Assembly (NCBI GenBank): GCA_001724265.1
Contig: MEDY01000027.1
Coordinates: 1-64,000 of the forward strand
DNA length: 64,000 nucleotides
Source of the DNA: Rhizaria sp. SCN 62-66
Taxonomy: Eukaryota
Direction of reading: 5' to 3'
Under the pieces are notes generated by a model that saw only the letters and a list, made by a program, of their open reading frames with translations, was not told where the DNA came from and ran no database searches. This document shows, one piece after another, positions 1 to 10,869 of this stretch. The position numbers were made by a program, and so were the translations under genes. Within the stretch, counting starts at the first letter, position 1. Each line of letters begins with the position of its first letter.

Positions 1-1529
1 GTACGGGCCGCGGCGGCGGCGGACACGCCGGGGCCGGCCGCAGGCAGGCCGGCGGCCCGCGCCGCGCGCTCGGCGGCGGACACAGCGGCGGCGGCGTCGG
101 CGGCGGTCACGGGCACGCCCAGCTCAGGCGCTACGAGCACCGGCCGCGCGGGGCCATGCGCACGGTCGCCGCGCCCGAGCGCGGCGGCAGATGCGAGCTG
201 CGGCGGGGGCGTAGAGCCGTCGCGCTCGGCGGCAATGACGCGCAGCTCCTGCTCGCGCGCCACGGCGGCGGCGCGCGCGCGGGCGGCCGTGGCGGCCTCG
301 GCGGCGAAAGCCGGTGCGGCGGCGAGGTCGCGCACGCGCTCCAGAGGGTCCGCGGCGGCCAGCAGCGCCGCCGCGGTCACCGCCACGGCGCCCTGCGACT
401 CAAGCGGCGCCGGCGCGGAGAGAAAGCCCACCAGGCGCGCCTCGGCGGCCGCGAAAAGCTGCGCCGTCGACCCGCGGGCCCCGGCAGCGGCGGCCGCAGC
501 GGCCGCGGACGCAGTGGCCGACGCCGCGGCCGAGTCAGAGCTGGCACGCGGCGCCGGCGCGGGCGCGGCATTAACGGCGGTGACTGCAGAGCCCTGCTGC
601 GCAGGGGCAAACGTCGCCGAGATGGGGACGGAGGTGACGAACAGGGGATGGAACCCTGGGGCCGGCCCCACATCGTCCGACTCGGCCTCGCTCTCGGCCT
701 TAGCGTTGGTCACTGAAATCGTTGTCTCCACAGACGCAGCAGCAGCAGTAGCATGTTCCGCGCGAGCACCAACGCGCGGCTGCGCGCGGGGCGAGAGCTG
801 CGCGGCGGCGACGCGCACCCAGGGCTCCGGCGCGGGCGGCGCGGCGGGGCGCAGCGAGGGCGGCACGGCCAGCACGCGGCCCGAGCTGGGGTCCACGCGC
901 CGCCGCGCCGCCACTACGGCCGCGTCGGGCACCGCGGCGGCCGCGGGGGGCGCCACGGCGGCGCGCGGGTGCGGCGCGATCGCCACGGGTCCGCCGGCGA
1001 TGGCTGACGCGGCGGCCGCGGCGGCGGCGGCCGAGTGCGCGGGAGGTACGGAGGGGTGCAGCAGCACGCCGCCCGGCAGCGCGGGCTTGCGGCTCACCGT
1101 TGCCACGCGCTGCGCCGACGGCACGCCGCGCGTCGTCGCCGTCGCAGCCGCCGCCGCGGTTGCTGAAGCGCTGTGTGCGTTGGGCTGTCCTGCGCCGTCA
1201 GGCGCGGGGTAGGAGTGGGTAGGCGGGAGGTGCGAGTGCCGCGGCGACGGTGGGTGCGGCGATGGCAGCGACTGCCCCAGCGTCGCGAGCGGCGGCGACA
1301 GCGCGGCCAGCGACGGCGACAGCGGCAGCACCGCCGGCGCGGCGGGATCGGCGGCGGCGTCGGCAGCGGCAGAGAGGCGGTACGTTGGCGGGATCGACAC
1401 GGACGCCGGCGGAAGAGAAGAGACCGAGTACGTCGGCAACAGCGCGGGCTCGCCCTGGGACACTGCGCGTGGCGAGGCTGTGCCGTGTAGGGCCAGTTGT
1501 GATATGGTGTGCTTGGAGTTCGACGCCAT
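1..1529 (-). CDS. Ala/Pro-rich hypothetical protein, 3'-partial (runs off the left edge; at least 509 codons)
   Basis: ATG at 1529-1527, with an in-frame TGA further upstream. Reads MASNSKHTISQLALHG...HSYPAPDGAGQPN...DPLERVRDL...AREQELRVIAAERD with no stop before the window edge, so it is absent from the ORF track. GC-rich codon style matches neighbouring genes. No family recognised. Confidence 0.75.
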   Translation of the reverse strand, partial: MASNSKHTISQLALHGTASPRAVSQGEPALLPTYSVSSLPPASVSIPPTYRLSAAADAAADPAAPAVLPLSPSLAALSPPLATLGQSLPSPHPPSPRHSHLPPTHSYPAPDGAGQPNAHSASATAAAAATATTRGVPSAQRVATVSRKPALPGGVLLHPSVPPAHSAAAAAAAASAIAGGPVAIAPHPRAAVAPPAAAAVPDAAVVAARRRVDPSSGRVLAVPPSLRPAAPPAPEPWVRVAAAQLSPRAQPRVGARAEHATAAAASVETTISVTNAKAESEAESDDVGPAPGFHPLFVTSVPISATFAPAQQGSAVTAVNAAPAPAPRASSDSAAASATASAAAAAAAAGARGSTAQLFAAAEARLVGFLSAPAPLESQGAVAVTAAALLAAADPLERVRDLAAAPAFAAEAATAARARAAAVAREQELRVIAAERDGSTPPPQLASAAALGRGDRAHGPARPVLVAPELGVPVTAADAAAAVSAAERAARAAGLPAAGPGVSAAAAAR

Positions 1530-2112
1530 CGTGCAGAGGGCTCGGCACAGTCAGTCCGAAGGCGAGATCAATACTAGCGCTCCTCAAGACGTATATACAA
1601 AGTTATTCAAACAGTAGCCAGTGAGGCAACCTGTAGTTATATATGCATGGTCCATAAATCAGAATAAAAATGTTGTCGTAAGTGAAACTATGAAGATACA
1701 TATCATTTGTTGCAGATAGGGAGAAACTGCTGCTTCATCAGTCAAATTTAGAGTTGTGCCTGAGAGGCACACCGTTTCTCCATGGCGTAAACATTGAATG
1801 ATCATGGATACCAAAGCAAATTAATCATGGCAAGCTTATTTAAATTTTGTCATAACGATCATTGACGTCATAAAAGCTGTGCAAATTGAGCTATTTCGAA
1901 CAAACCTCTACCTGGTGGTTCCGAAAAATCCGAGCTTGGCGGGCGACCTGCAAGAAAGCAAAAGATGGCCGATGTTTGTTTAAATCTGTGCGTCCCACGT
2001 CCTACAGTCAACTCTGTAACAGACCGCCGTGTTTTATATTGCTATACTCCCAACAACTGTTGAATTACACAACTACAGCTTCAAAGCCTGAACCTACAGG
2101 CATCGCACAATC

Positions 2113-2842
2113 ATGGTACGTTGGACTCAACATTCTGTTGTGCTCGCTCATCTCTCTATCTTCGCCCAGCCATATGTAATTATGATATGAGAGTGCAGTC
2201 ATGGCATACGCGTTGCCGCGTCTCTTTTGTTACGTGTCAACCCCCAATTATGTCTTCATGATCACCCCCACTCACCCCCATGTCTCCCTTTGTTCGCTCC
2301 CCACTTCGCACCCACCATGAATGCTTCTACAGTCGTCTCGCAGCAAGCTGACGCAGTTCCTCAACTGGCGCATGCGCGTCACCCTGAGTGACACGCGCTC
2401 CCTGGTGGGCACCTTCTACACATTCGACCGTCACATGAACCTTGTGCTGGCGGACTGCGACGAGTACCGCAAGGTCAAGAACAAGGCCACTGGCGGCGAG
2501 GAGAAGGAAATGAAGCGCACGCTCGGGCTCGTCATCCTGCGCGGCGAGAACGTCATCTCCATCACCGTCGAGGCGCCGCCCGCGCCCAAGCCGCGCGTGC
2601 CCACGCTCAAGGCCAAGGGCGTCGCGCGCCCCGCCGTGGCGCCCGCCGCGGGCCGCGGCATGGTGATGCTGCCCCCGGCCGGGCTCGCCGCCGCGCCCAT
2701 GCCCGGCATCGGCGGCCCCTCGGCCGCGATGATGATGCCCGGTGGCTTCGGCGCCGGCCGCGGCATGGCCATGCCCCCCAACGGGATGCCCGGCATGGGC
2801 GCCGGTCGCGGCATGATGCCGCCACCTGGGCCCGGCTTCTAA
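2113..2842 (+). CDS. SNRPB: Small nuclear ribonucleoprotein SmB/B' (170 aa; exons 2113-2115, 2333-2842)
   Basis: Sm fold: LNWRMRVTLSDTRSLVGTFYTFDRHMNLVLADCDEYR...EMKRTLGLVILRGENVISITVE, followed by a Pro/Gly/Met tail with GRG repeats. The ATG is followed directly by GTACGT (2116); acceptor TTCTACAG ends at 2332. Stop TAA. Confidence 0.96.
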
Positions 2843-3346
2843 ACGCGCTGCTGAATTGTGCGTGAACGCGCCCTGGCGCGACTTTGGTCTGGTAGGGCTC
2901 TTCGTATTATATGCGGCGTGAAAGATGCACGCTGCCAACCTGTGATTAGCTGTTAATACAATTCTATATTTTGAAGGTAGATTCCCCCGCATCATTCTTT
3001 AGTATCGGTATGTACGTTTTAACACATCTGACGGGTCAAGCAGAGAGCTATGTGGCCAATCACAACGAGATGTGCGTCTTCTTTCATAAGAAAGATCTTG
3101 AGTTATATATCATCGATGCGGGTGCAACATGTTGTTTTGATGTTTCTGCTATGTGATATGTTAGAATCTTTTTTGTAAATTCATATCGTAGCGTTATACG
3201 CCTGGTACTCGCACACATTACTTCGTTCGCTACACACACTCTCACTAGTCTTGCTCAACACTCATCCATCCTGCAGTGCGAAGATAGCTCTTGCGGTATA
3301 CGACAGAACTGACTTTGCTTGACTAAATCTCGTGCTCGAATAACAT

Positions 3347-6300
3347 ATGGCAACATCGCGCACCCGCGCGTACACGGTACGTCGTCATATCTTTCTTTTC
3401 ATATGTCATTGTCTGTTCTTGTATCATCACTTACGTCAATCCACTATGACGCTCATGCTCTATCAACTTTATCACCGACCAACCAATCACCTGTTAGGAT
3501 CTCGTGTATGCTGCAGTGACGTCCTACACCACAATCCGCGGTGTGCTTTCACACCTGCGCGCGCAGTCGGCGCTGCCGGTGGAGCCTGGCTCTCTCGCCC
3601 CAGCCGAAGCCGCGGCTCTCGACACAGCCCTGCGCGCTGCCGCTGTTGCCGCGGTGCGCAACCTCGGCCACACCGAGGAGGGCGTTCTCTCCTGTGGCGC
3701 GCTTGGCATTGCTCCCGCGCTTGCGAGTGTGCTTCCTGATGGCACCGCGACCTCTTCGGCTGTTGTCCCCGTCGCCGCTGCTGCTACAACTGCATCCAAG
3801 TCGCCGAGTGAAGAGGCGCTTGTCAGCGCGTTTGACAGACTCTTCACGGCGGCTCGTGACCCCGCGCCGCCGGCTCGCACGCGCTGCGACGTTGTGATGT
3901 GCCTGCTGATTGGTCTCTCGCTCTTCTATACAGCCGCCGCGACCACACCAGCAGCAGCCAAGTCCGTCGGTATCGACATCACGGCGCCCATCGCGCTTAT
4001 CGAGCTCTGGCTCACGGTCACGCCCACTGCCGCCGTCGCCGCGCCTGCGCTCTCGCCCGCGCCCTCGGCCGGCATGAGCGACGCCAGCGGGCCCAGCGAC
4101 GGCAGCAGCGACGCCAGCGGCAGCGGCGCGGTGGAGGACGCGTCGTCGGTGTCGCGCGTATTCCACTCGGTCGAGCTCATCTGCTCGCTGCCGCAGCTCG
4201 AGCGCCTGCTCACCGTGCACATGCGCTGCCGCCTCGCGTTTCTGCGCACGTGCAACGGGCTCACGCGCGCGCTGTGCAAGCCCGAGCACGCACTGCTGTG
4301 TGGGCGCGTGCTGATGCTGCTCGCGCGCCTGCTGGGCGTCGACGAGCGCTCGGGTGTTAACGTATCGGGGCTCACGCACCGCGGCAACGCCACGCTCATT
4401 GCGCCCGCACCCGAGGCCCGCGCCGCGCTGGCCGCGCTGCCTGCGCACCCGCTGCTCACGCCGCAGTTCTACCTCGCGCTATGGTCGCTGCAGGCCTTCT
4501 TCGCGGACCCTGCGCTGCTTGCGGACCCGGCCGTCGCCGTCGCGCCGGAGGCCGCTGCGCCAGACACGGCGACCGACGCCGCCGACGACGACAAGGACTC
4601 CTCAGGCGGTGAAGCAGCCGACAACGAGGACGCTGATGCGAAGGCGCCGACGACTGATCCCAAGGCTGTTGACGATGGCACTGAGATGGTTGCGCGCATC
4701 CGCTCTCTGCTGACCTTCCCGGCGCTGCCGGCCACCACCGCGGCGTCCGCCGTCGCCGCGGCCGCGCGCCCGCCGCTGGCGTCGCCGTCATTGGCCTCTG
4801 CCGCGGCGTCGGTGCTGGGTGCGGCCGTGTCGTCGCACCTGGGCGCTCTGGCGGCGTCGCCGCTGTGGACCGGCCGCGACGGGCTCTCCGTCTTCGTGCG
4901 GCTGCTGTGCCGCGTGCTCAACGGCTTTGAGGCAGCGCTTGACGGACAGCTCGCGGGCGTGGGCAGCGCGGGCGTCACGACCGACGCCGCGCAGGCCGGC
5001 GCTGCGAAGGGCTCTGCCGCCGGAGGCAAGACATCTGCAACTGCCGCGGCCGCGGGTGCAGCTCGGGCCGCGAGTGTCGCGGGCGGAGCCGAGACTATCG
5101 GCGGCGAGTCGACCGTCCAATTCGCGTTCTTCCCCAAGTTCCTCACGGGCCCCGCGCTGCTGCCTCTGCACCTGCAGGACTCGGAGCTGCTGTCCTCGGT
5201 CATCGTGCAGGCGTTGATCCTGCTGCACCTGCTGCTCGCGCCCGCGCGCGTGCGCCCGCGCTCTCTGCAGGGCGTCTTTGCGGCCGTGCACGGCGCACCG
5301 CGCTTCCCGGAGCCCGCGGCGGTGGCGCCCGCGCCTATGGCGACTGCGACGGCGGCGACGGCGCTCGCGGTCTCCAGCACGATGCCCGCCGCGCAGCTGG
5401 CGCTCGTCACGGCGCTGCCGCAGCCGGGCCCCGCGCCCGCAGACGCACCCTCAGTACTGCGCCTGCTACTCGCGTGGGCGTACTTCGTGCTCGCGCGCGT
5501 GTCGCCGCGCCACCCCGCGCTGGCGCGCGACCTCGTCGCCGTGCTCGCGCGCTGCGAGCTGTCGTGGGTGCAGTGGAAGTCGCAGCAATGTCCCCCGCTC
5601 GTCGAGCCCGTGCGCGCAGTCCCTGTCTCCATCGCCACGGTGGCCGAGGGCGCTATGAGCGACGCCGGCGACGCCGCGGTGGCCGTCAACGTGAGCGCAA
5701 CGGACCTCGTCAACAACTGTGTCACGTTGTTGACGCAGCAGCTCTCGGCTGACTCGTCGCTGCTTGCGTCAGCGTTTTCCGGCGCTGCTACAGTCCCCGA
5801 GCCCGCAGCCTATGCGGCCAGCGCTGCTGTGGACTGGCCCAGCGCGCTGCCGGCGGCTCTGGCGCCGCCCGCAACCTCGTCGGAGGCCGCTGACTCCATT
5901 CACAGTCTGAATGTGGCGCTGGATCTGGCCGACGTACCTTTGGCCTTCAAGTCCACTGATATGCTGCCGTGGGGCTCCCCCACTCTTGCGCGCCTTGCGC
6001 TTACCACCGAACGCCGCCGCGCCGCTGCCCCCACCGCGCCCGGCCCCGCCACAGCAGCCGCGCTCACTGGCGGTCTCCGCGGCGCAGCCGCCGCTTTGAC
6101 TGCGACTGTTGAGCCCGCCACTGTGCTCGCGCCCTTCCTCGCCTTGTCTGACACCGCTGCTGCTTCCACGGCCGGTGGGTCGTCAAGTGGCGCTACTGCG
6201 GGTGCTGCGGAGGAGTTCGACCCCGCGGCCTTTGGTCTGGACCCCAACGACCCGATGTACGAGATGATGCTCGAATCGCTCGGCATCACGCCGCCCTCCG

Positions 6301-7841
6301 CCGGCGCGGGCGGCGACTGCGACAGCGCGGCCGATGGCAGCAAGGCCGGCGAGACCGGCGCGGACGCGCTTAAGACGCTGCTGCTCGCGTCTGCGGCACT
6401 GTATGCGGCGCCCGAGGACGCGGCGACGCCGCTGCCCGGCGTATCGCTTGGTCTCACCGTCGGAACCATCACGGACCGCGCCTCGGCCGTCGCCGCCGCA
6501 GCGGCGGGCTCCGCTGCCCTGCTGATGCAGCCCGCGCACGCCTTCCCCGCCGCCGACGCGCGCAGCGGCAACGCGTGGGCCGTGTCCGCGCGCGCCTGGG
6601 AGCGCGCCGTGGCCGCTCTGGCCGCCGACGCCTCGACCGCCGAGCCCGCGCTCGCGGCCAAGAGCGCCGAACTCAACTGGCGCGCGCTGAGGGCCCTCGC
6701 CGCTGCGCCTGGCGCCGTCAGCGCGACCGGCGACCAGGGCGCTGTTGCGCCCAAGCTTGCCGAGGCGCTCGCTGTAGCCGACGCTGCAGCCGCTGCTGCC
6801 GTCGCCGAGAGCGACTCCGCCGATGCCGCTGTCGCTGCTGACGCCGCTAACTTCAAGCCCGAAGTTAAGCCCGACGCCGGCGCCACTGCGCCGCAGCCTG
6901 CGACGGTGGCCGCAGTTGCCGCTCTGCTGGGTGAGTTCGGCTCTGCGCAGACCGCGCAACGCGCACAGCGCCGTCTCGCGCTCGCAAAGCCCGCCGCTCC
7001 GCCTGCGACGTTCGCACCGGGGCCGGTCGGCGACGACGAGTGGGCGCCGCTGCGGCGCGCGCTGCTCGCGTCGCCGTTCGCGCGCGCACAGGGCTCGCTC
7101 TTGCGCGTGGCCGTGTCTACCGGCAGCGCCGCGCTGGTGGGGGCCGTGGCCCGCGCTGGCGCGAACCGGGTGCAGGCGATCGAGCGCGCGGCCGCGGCGC
7201 GCAGGGCACGGGAGGCTGAAGAGGCCGCCGCCGCTGCTGCTGCTGCTGCCGCTGCTGCTGAGGCCAAGCGTGTCGCTGACGAGGCCGAGGCCGCGGAGGC
7301 CGCCGAGCACGAGCGCGCTGAGGCTCAGCGCGCTGCTGATACTGCTGCGGAGGCTAATGCTGTTTCTGCGGACAAGAAGGCTGCGGCTGGCAAGCGCGCC
7401 GGTGTGAAGCGCACCAGGGACGACGGTGGCGACGGCGTCGACGCTGCGGAGGACGGCGTTGGCGTGGACGACGTGTTCGATGGTGACCACGGCGAAGGGG
7501 ACGGCGGCGAGGGAGACCAAGGTGAGGGAGACTTCACGGGACACGGGGAGGGTGACTTCGCTGGCGAAGGCGACTTTGGTGACGGCGAGGGCGATATTGC
7601 TGAGGGCGACGACGGCGAAGTTGACTTTGCCGCTGACATTACTGAGGACGGCGAGAGCGGCCACATCGAGACCGACGACACTGCTGCTGATGATAAGAAC
7701 GCCACCGCGGCGGACGAAGCTGGTGACGGTGAGGCGGCAGATGCACCTGCTGTGAAGCGCTCGCGTGCCGCTGGCATGACTGGCGGCGATGAGGATGAGA
7801 GCAACGCGACTGAAGAAGCTGACGTTCAGCTTCCGCAGTGA
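3347..7841 (+). CDS. THOC1: THO complex subunit 1 (Hpr1/THOC1), expanded by Ala-rich insertions (~1457 aa; exons 3347-3376, 3498-7841)
   Basis: THOC1-like blocks: LRTCNGLTRAL..HALLCGRVLMLLA..ERSGVN, FYLALWSLQAFFADP, FFPKFLTGPALLPLHLQD, ELSWVQWKSQQCP. Phase-0 intron GTACGT(3377)...TGTTAG(3497). Stop TGA. Confidence 0.88.
7488..7632 (+). repeat. Coding GEGD(F) peptide repeats in the acidic THOC1 tail
   Basis: Translation HGEGDGGEGDQGEGDFTGHGEGDFAGEGDFGDGEGDIAEGDDGEVDF. Confidence 0.8.
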
Positions 7842-8166
7842 AGCGGGGATCAACGCAAGATGACAAACCATCGCATGCTACAGAGATTGACAACGATGAA
7901 CAAGCGTATGGCCAACCAATAAAGAAACAAGCACTGAAACATACTAAAACAGTTGTATTTTGTTACTTTCATCAAGCCTCTTGATATACATGTACTTTAG
8001 ATAAAAACATGGGGAACCTTTTTTAAAACAGCTAACTTCGCTCTGGCCCTTCAAATTGTATAAGCACATCGTTGCTTCTTATGCGATGATCATACGTCCC
8101 CCGTGTTCATCCGTCGCTCCATCGCAGCCATCACAGTATCGATTGCGGGACTCTCTGTCGACTCGT

Positions 8167-10356
8167 TCAGGCGTCGGCGGGGAGTTGGTCCTGCTCCTCC
8201 TGGCGCGCCTGCGCGGCGAGCTGCTGCTGCGCCGAGAGCCGGCTGGAGAGCATGGCGTCGAGCGCGGCGGCGCGCGCGCGCTCTTCCTCTCGCGCGCGTT
8301 CCTTCTTCTGGCGCTTCTCCGCGATCTTGCGGTCCGTGGCCGAGGAGTAGCGGTTCCACAGGCGGTAGAGTGAGATGCAGCCCGAGTTGACGGACACGAG
8401 ACCGTTGGTGAGGTCCGACCAGCCCCAGTCGAGCACGCCGTTGAAGGCGCCGAAGAAGTCGCCGCCGTCCTTGATGAAGTTCACCAACAGCTGCATACGC
8501 GCGGACCGCAGCTCGTTGTCCTTCTGCGAGGCCTTGACCGCGGCCGCGGGCGTGCTCTTGAGCACAGCGGCGTAGGAAGACGTCTGCGTGCCGTAGGGCT
8601 TGGAGCCCGTGCCATAGGTCGCAGTCTTCATGATCGAGCTGTCGGTCCAGCTCGGTCCCGACGCGGCCGCGGTGCCCTTGGGCGGCAGCCCCGCAGCCGG
8701 CAGCAGCGCGGTGGAACCGTCCGCCAGGCCCGCGGTCGGGCTGCCGGCGCCGTCGGCGTCCCCCCCGGCGGCCGCGGCGGCGGAGGCGGCGGAGGGCTTG
8801 GGGGCCCAGTGGCCGCCGCGGCGCGAGACGACTGAGTGGCGCAGCAGCGCGTGCGACGCGTTGCGGTGGCGCAGCGGCGACAGCGTGCGCAGCGTCGGCC
8901 GCTGCCCGCGCGGCGAGCCCAGCATCGCGGCGGCGGCCGGCGTCGCCTTGTGATGCGCGACAGAGTCGAAGACGCTCGCCAAGTGCCGCTTGTTGTCATC
9001 GTCGGCCGCCGCATGCGGCTGCTGCGCCGCCAGCTTCGCCGCCTCGCGCGTCACCGACGGCTCGCGTGACCGCGACTGGGACCGTGATTGGGACCGGTTG
9101 CTGTTGCCCGCCCCAGCGGCGGCCGCGGCGTTGGCCCCAGCGCCGCCGGCCGGCGCGACTGTGGGCGCCAGGCTGGAGAGGTGCGCGAGGTTGCGGGTGG
9201 ATCCGTGCGCGAAGACAGCGTACACGTCGCCCGTGCACTTGGCGCCAAGCGCGCGACGGCCCGCGGAGGGCGTCTGCATGTCGTCGTCGTTGTCGTCGTC
9301 CTCATCGTGCGCGCCGCTCTCCGCGCTCGCCGCAGCGCCCGCGGCGCCAGCTGTGGGGGCGCTGGAGTCGCGCTCGCGGGCGCGGCCGCGCGCAGCGGCC
9401 GTGGTAACAATGGGCATCAGCGGCGCGGGCCCACCGGCGACGGGGGTGGCGGGCGCCGGCGACGCGGGCTCCGAGGCGCCCAGCGCTGCCGACGCGGCTG
9501 CGGTGCGCACCGCGGTCTGGTACCGGCGGAGCGCAGACGGCACCAGCTGCGAGGTCTGCGACGCGCAGGCGGGGTTGAACAGCGCCGTGCGGGCTGCGGC
9601 CGCGGCGGCAGCGGCCGCGGCGGCGGCGTCGGCCGAGGGCGGCGGGCCGAGCGGGGAGATGAACATGTTGAGGTAGCCGATCTCCGAAGTCATGTCGTAG
9701 AGCTTCTTGAAGTCCATGGCGAACTGGCACGTCGTGGAGACGATATAGGCAATGAGCGAGAGACGCGTCCACCACATCTTGTCCACGCCCGGCGCGAGCT
9801 TGGCCTGGTTGAACCACACGGGCACGTTGAGCGCGAAGTAGCAGCCCAGCCCGAGCAGGCGGATGAGCGTGAGCACCTTGAGCCAGCCGAAGCGCTGCGT
9901 GCGGTACACGCGCATCGCCAGGCGGAAGAACACAAACTCGGTGAAGAGCTTCAGGTACGCGCGCGCCGTGCTGGTGGCCGACTGGCAGCCCTTAATGCGC
10001 CCCATGATCTCCTTGACGGCGGCGTACTGCGTGAAGTAGCGCGCCAGCGTCCAGTGGGAGATCTTGAGCAGCCCGGAGAAGACCTTGAAGATCTTGTCGC
10101 GGCCTTCCGAGAGGTTAATAATCTCGGACAGCACAGAGACCTGCTTGTCGACGGCGACGAGCCCGTGCTCAACAAGGCTGTACTCGCTCTGGGCCATCGC
10201 CTTCTCGACCAGCTGGTCCTCGCGGAAATGCACCGAGGGTTTGACGTTCTTGTTCGCACCGGGTTTCCCCGCGCTCGCCTCGCCCACGGGGCGCGCGGGA
10301 GGCGCCTCGTCGTTACCGAAGATGCGGTTAAAAGTGACCGCAGCCTTAGAAATCAT
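8167..10356 (-). CDS. PEX11: PEX11-family peroxisomal membrane protein with a large internal low-complexity insertion (~729 aa)
   Basis: N-half LSEGRDKIFKVF..STARAYLKLF..YFALNVPVWF..WWTRLSLIAY; C-half LLVNFIKDGGDFFGAFNGVLDWGWSDLTNGLVSVNSGCISLYRLW. Both resemble PEX11 motifs. First ATG at 10356; stop TGA. Confidence 0.75.
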   Translation of the reverse strand: MISKAAVTFNRIFGNDEAPPARPVGEASAGKPGANKNVKPSVHFREDQLVEKAMAQSEYSLVEHGLVAVDKQVSVLSEIINLSEGRDKIFKVFSGLLKISHWTLARYFTQYAAVKEIMGRIKGCQSATSTARAYLKLFTEFVFFRLAMRVYRTQRFGWLKVLTLIRLLGLGCYFALNVPVWFNQAKLAPGVDKMWWTRLSLIAYIVSTTCQFAMDFKKLYDMTSEIGYLNMFISPLGPPPSADAAAAAAAAAAAARTALFNPACASQTSQLVPSALRRYQTAVRTAAASAALGASEPASPAPATPVAGGPAPLMPIVTTAAARGRARERDSSAPTAGAAGAAASAESGAHDEDDDNDDDMQTPSAGRRALGAKCTGDVYAVFAHGSTRNLAHLSSLAPTVAPAGGAGANAAAAAGAGNSNRSQSRSQSRSREPSVTREAAKLAAQQPHAAADDDNKRHLASVFDSVAHHKATPAAAAMLGSPRGQRPTLRTLSPLRHRNASHALLRHSVVSRRGGHWAPKPSAASAAAAAGGDADGAGSPTAGLADGSTALLPAAGLPPKGTAAASGPSWTDSSIMKTATYGTGSKPYGTQTSSYAAVLKSTPAAAVKASQKDNELRSARMQLLVNFIKDGGDFFGAFNGVLDWGWSDLTNGLVSVNSGCISLYRLWNRYSSATDRKIAEKRQKKERAREEERARAAALDAMLSSRLSAQQQLAAQARQEEQDQLPADA

Positions 10357-10869
10357 TCTCAAAGAGAGATACCACGATTGGCGTCAAGGCCGGCGATGGA
10401 ATCTGTTCAAACGGGTTCACAGCGCTAAGATTATGGCGTTTGCTATCAATACAAAGCCAATAGAATATAAAAAGAAGTATATGAGATGTTTAATATCCGT
10501 AATAAGCGTTGCAGGTATCCAGACTCGAAGTAGTGCACATACACGATATAAGACAACTTCAAAGTTAGTCTCCGGAGGGATGACTCAATCCTTTCGATGA
10601 GCTGGCACGCCAGTCTGGAACACAAGAAAGCAAATATCACCTCCGAAAATCCGTCATCCGATGCATAGCGACTGAAATGTGAATTCAATGTTGCGCATAT
10701 ATATTGTATCTTTATTACACTTGATCTATATCACTTCCTATGTCTCTGGACACAACTCACGTGCTTGCCCTGTCTCCGAACTTCCACGCACTCTCCACCA
10801 ACAGACACAATTCTGCACAGCCGGTCACGCACTGCAGCAATTCGCACCGCTGCTGATGTAGTCGGTGCG

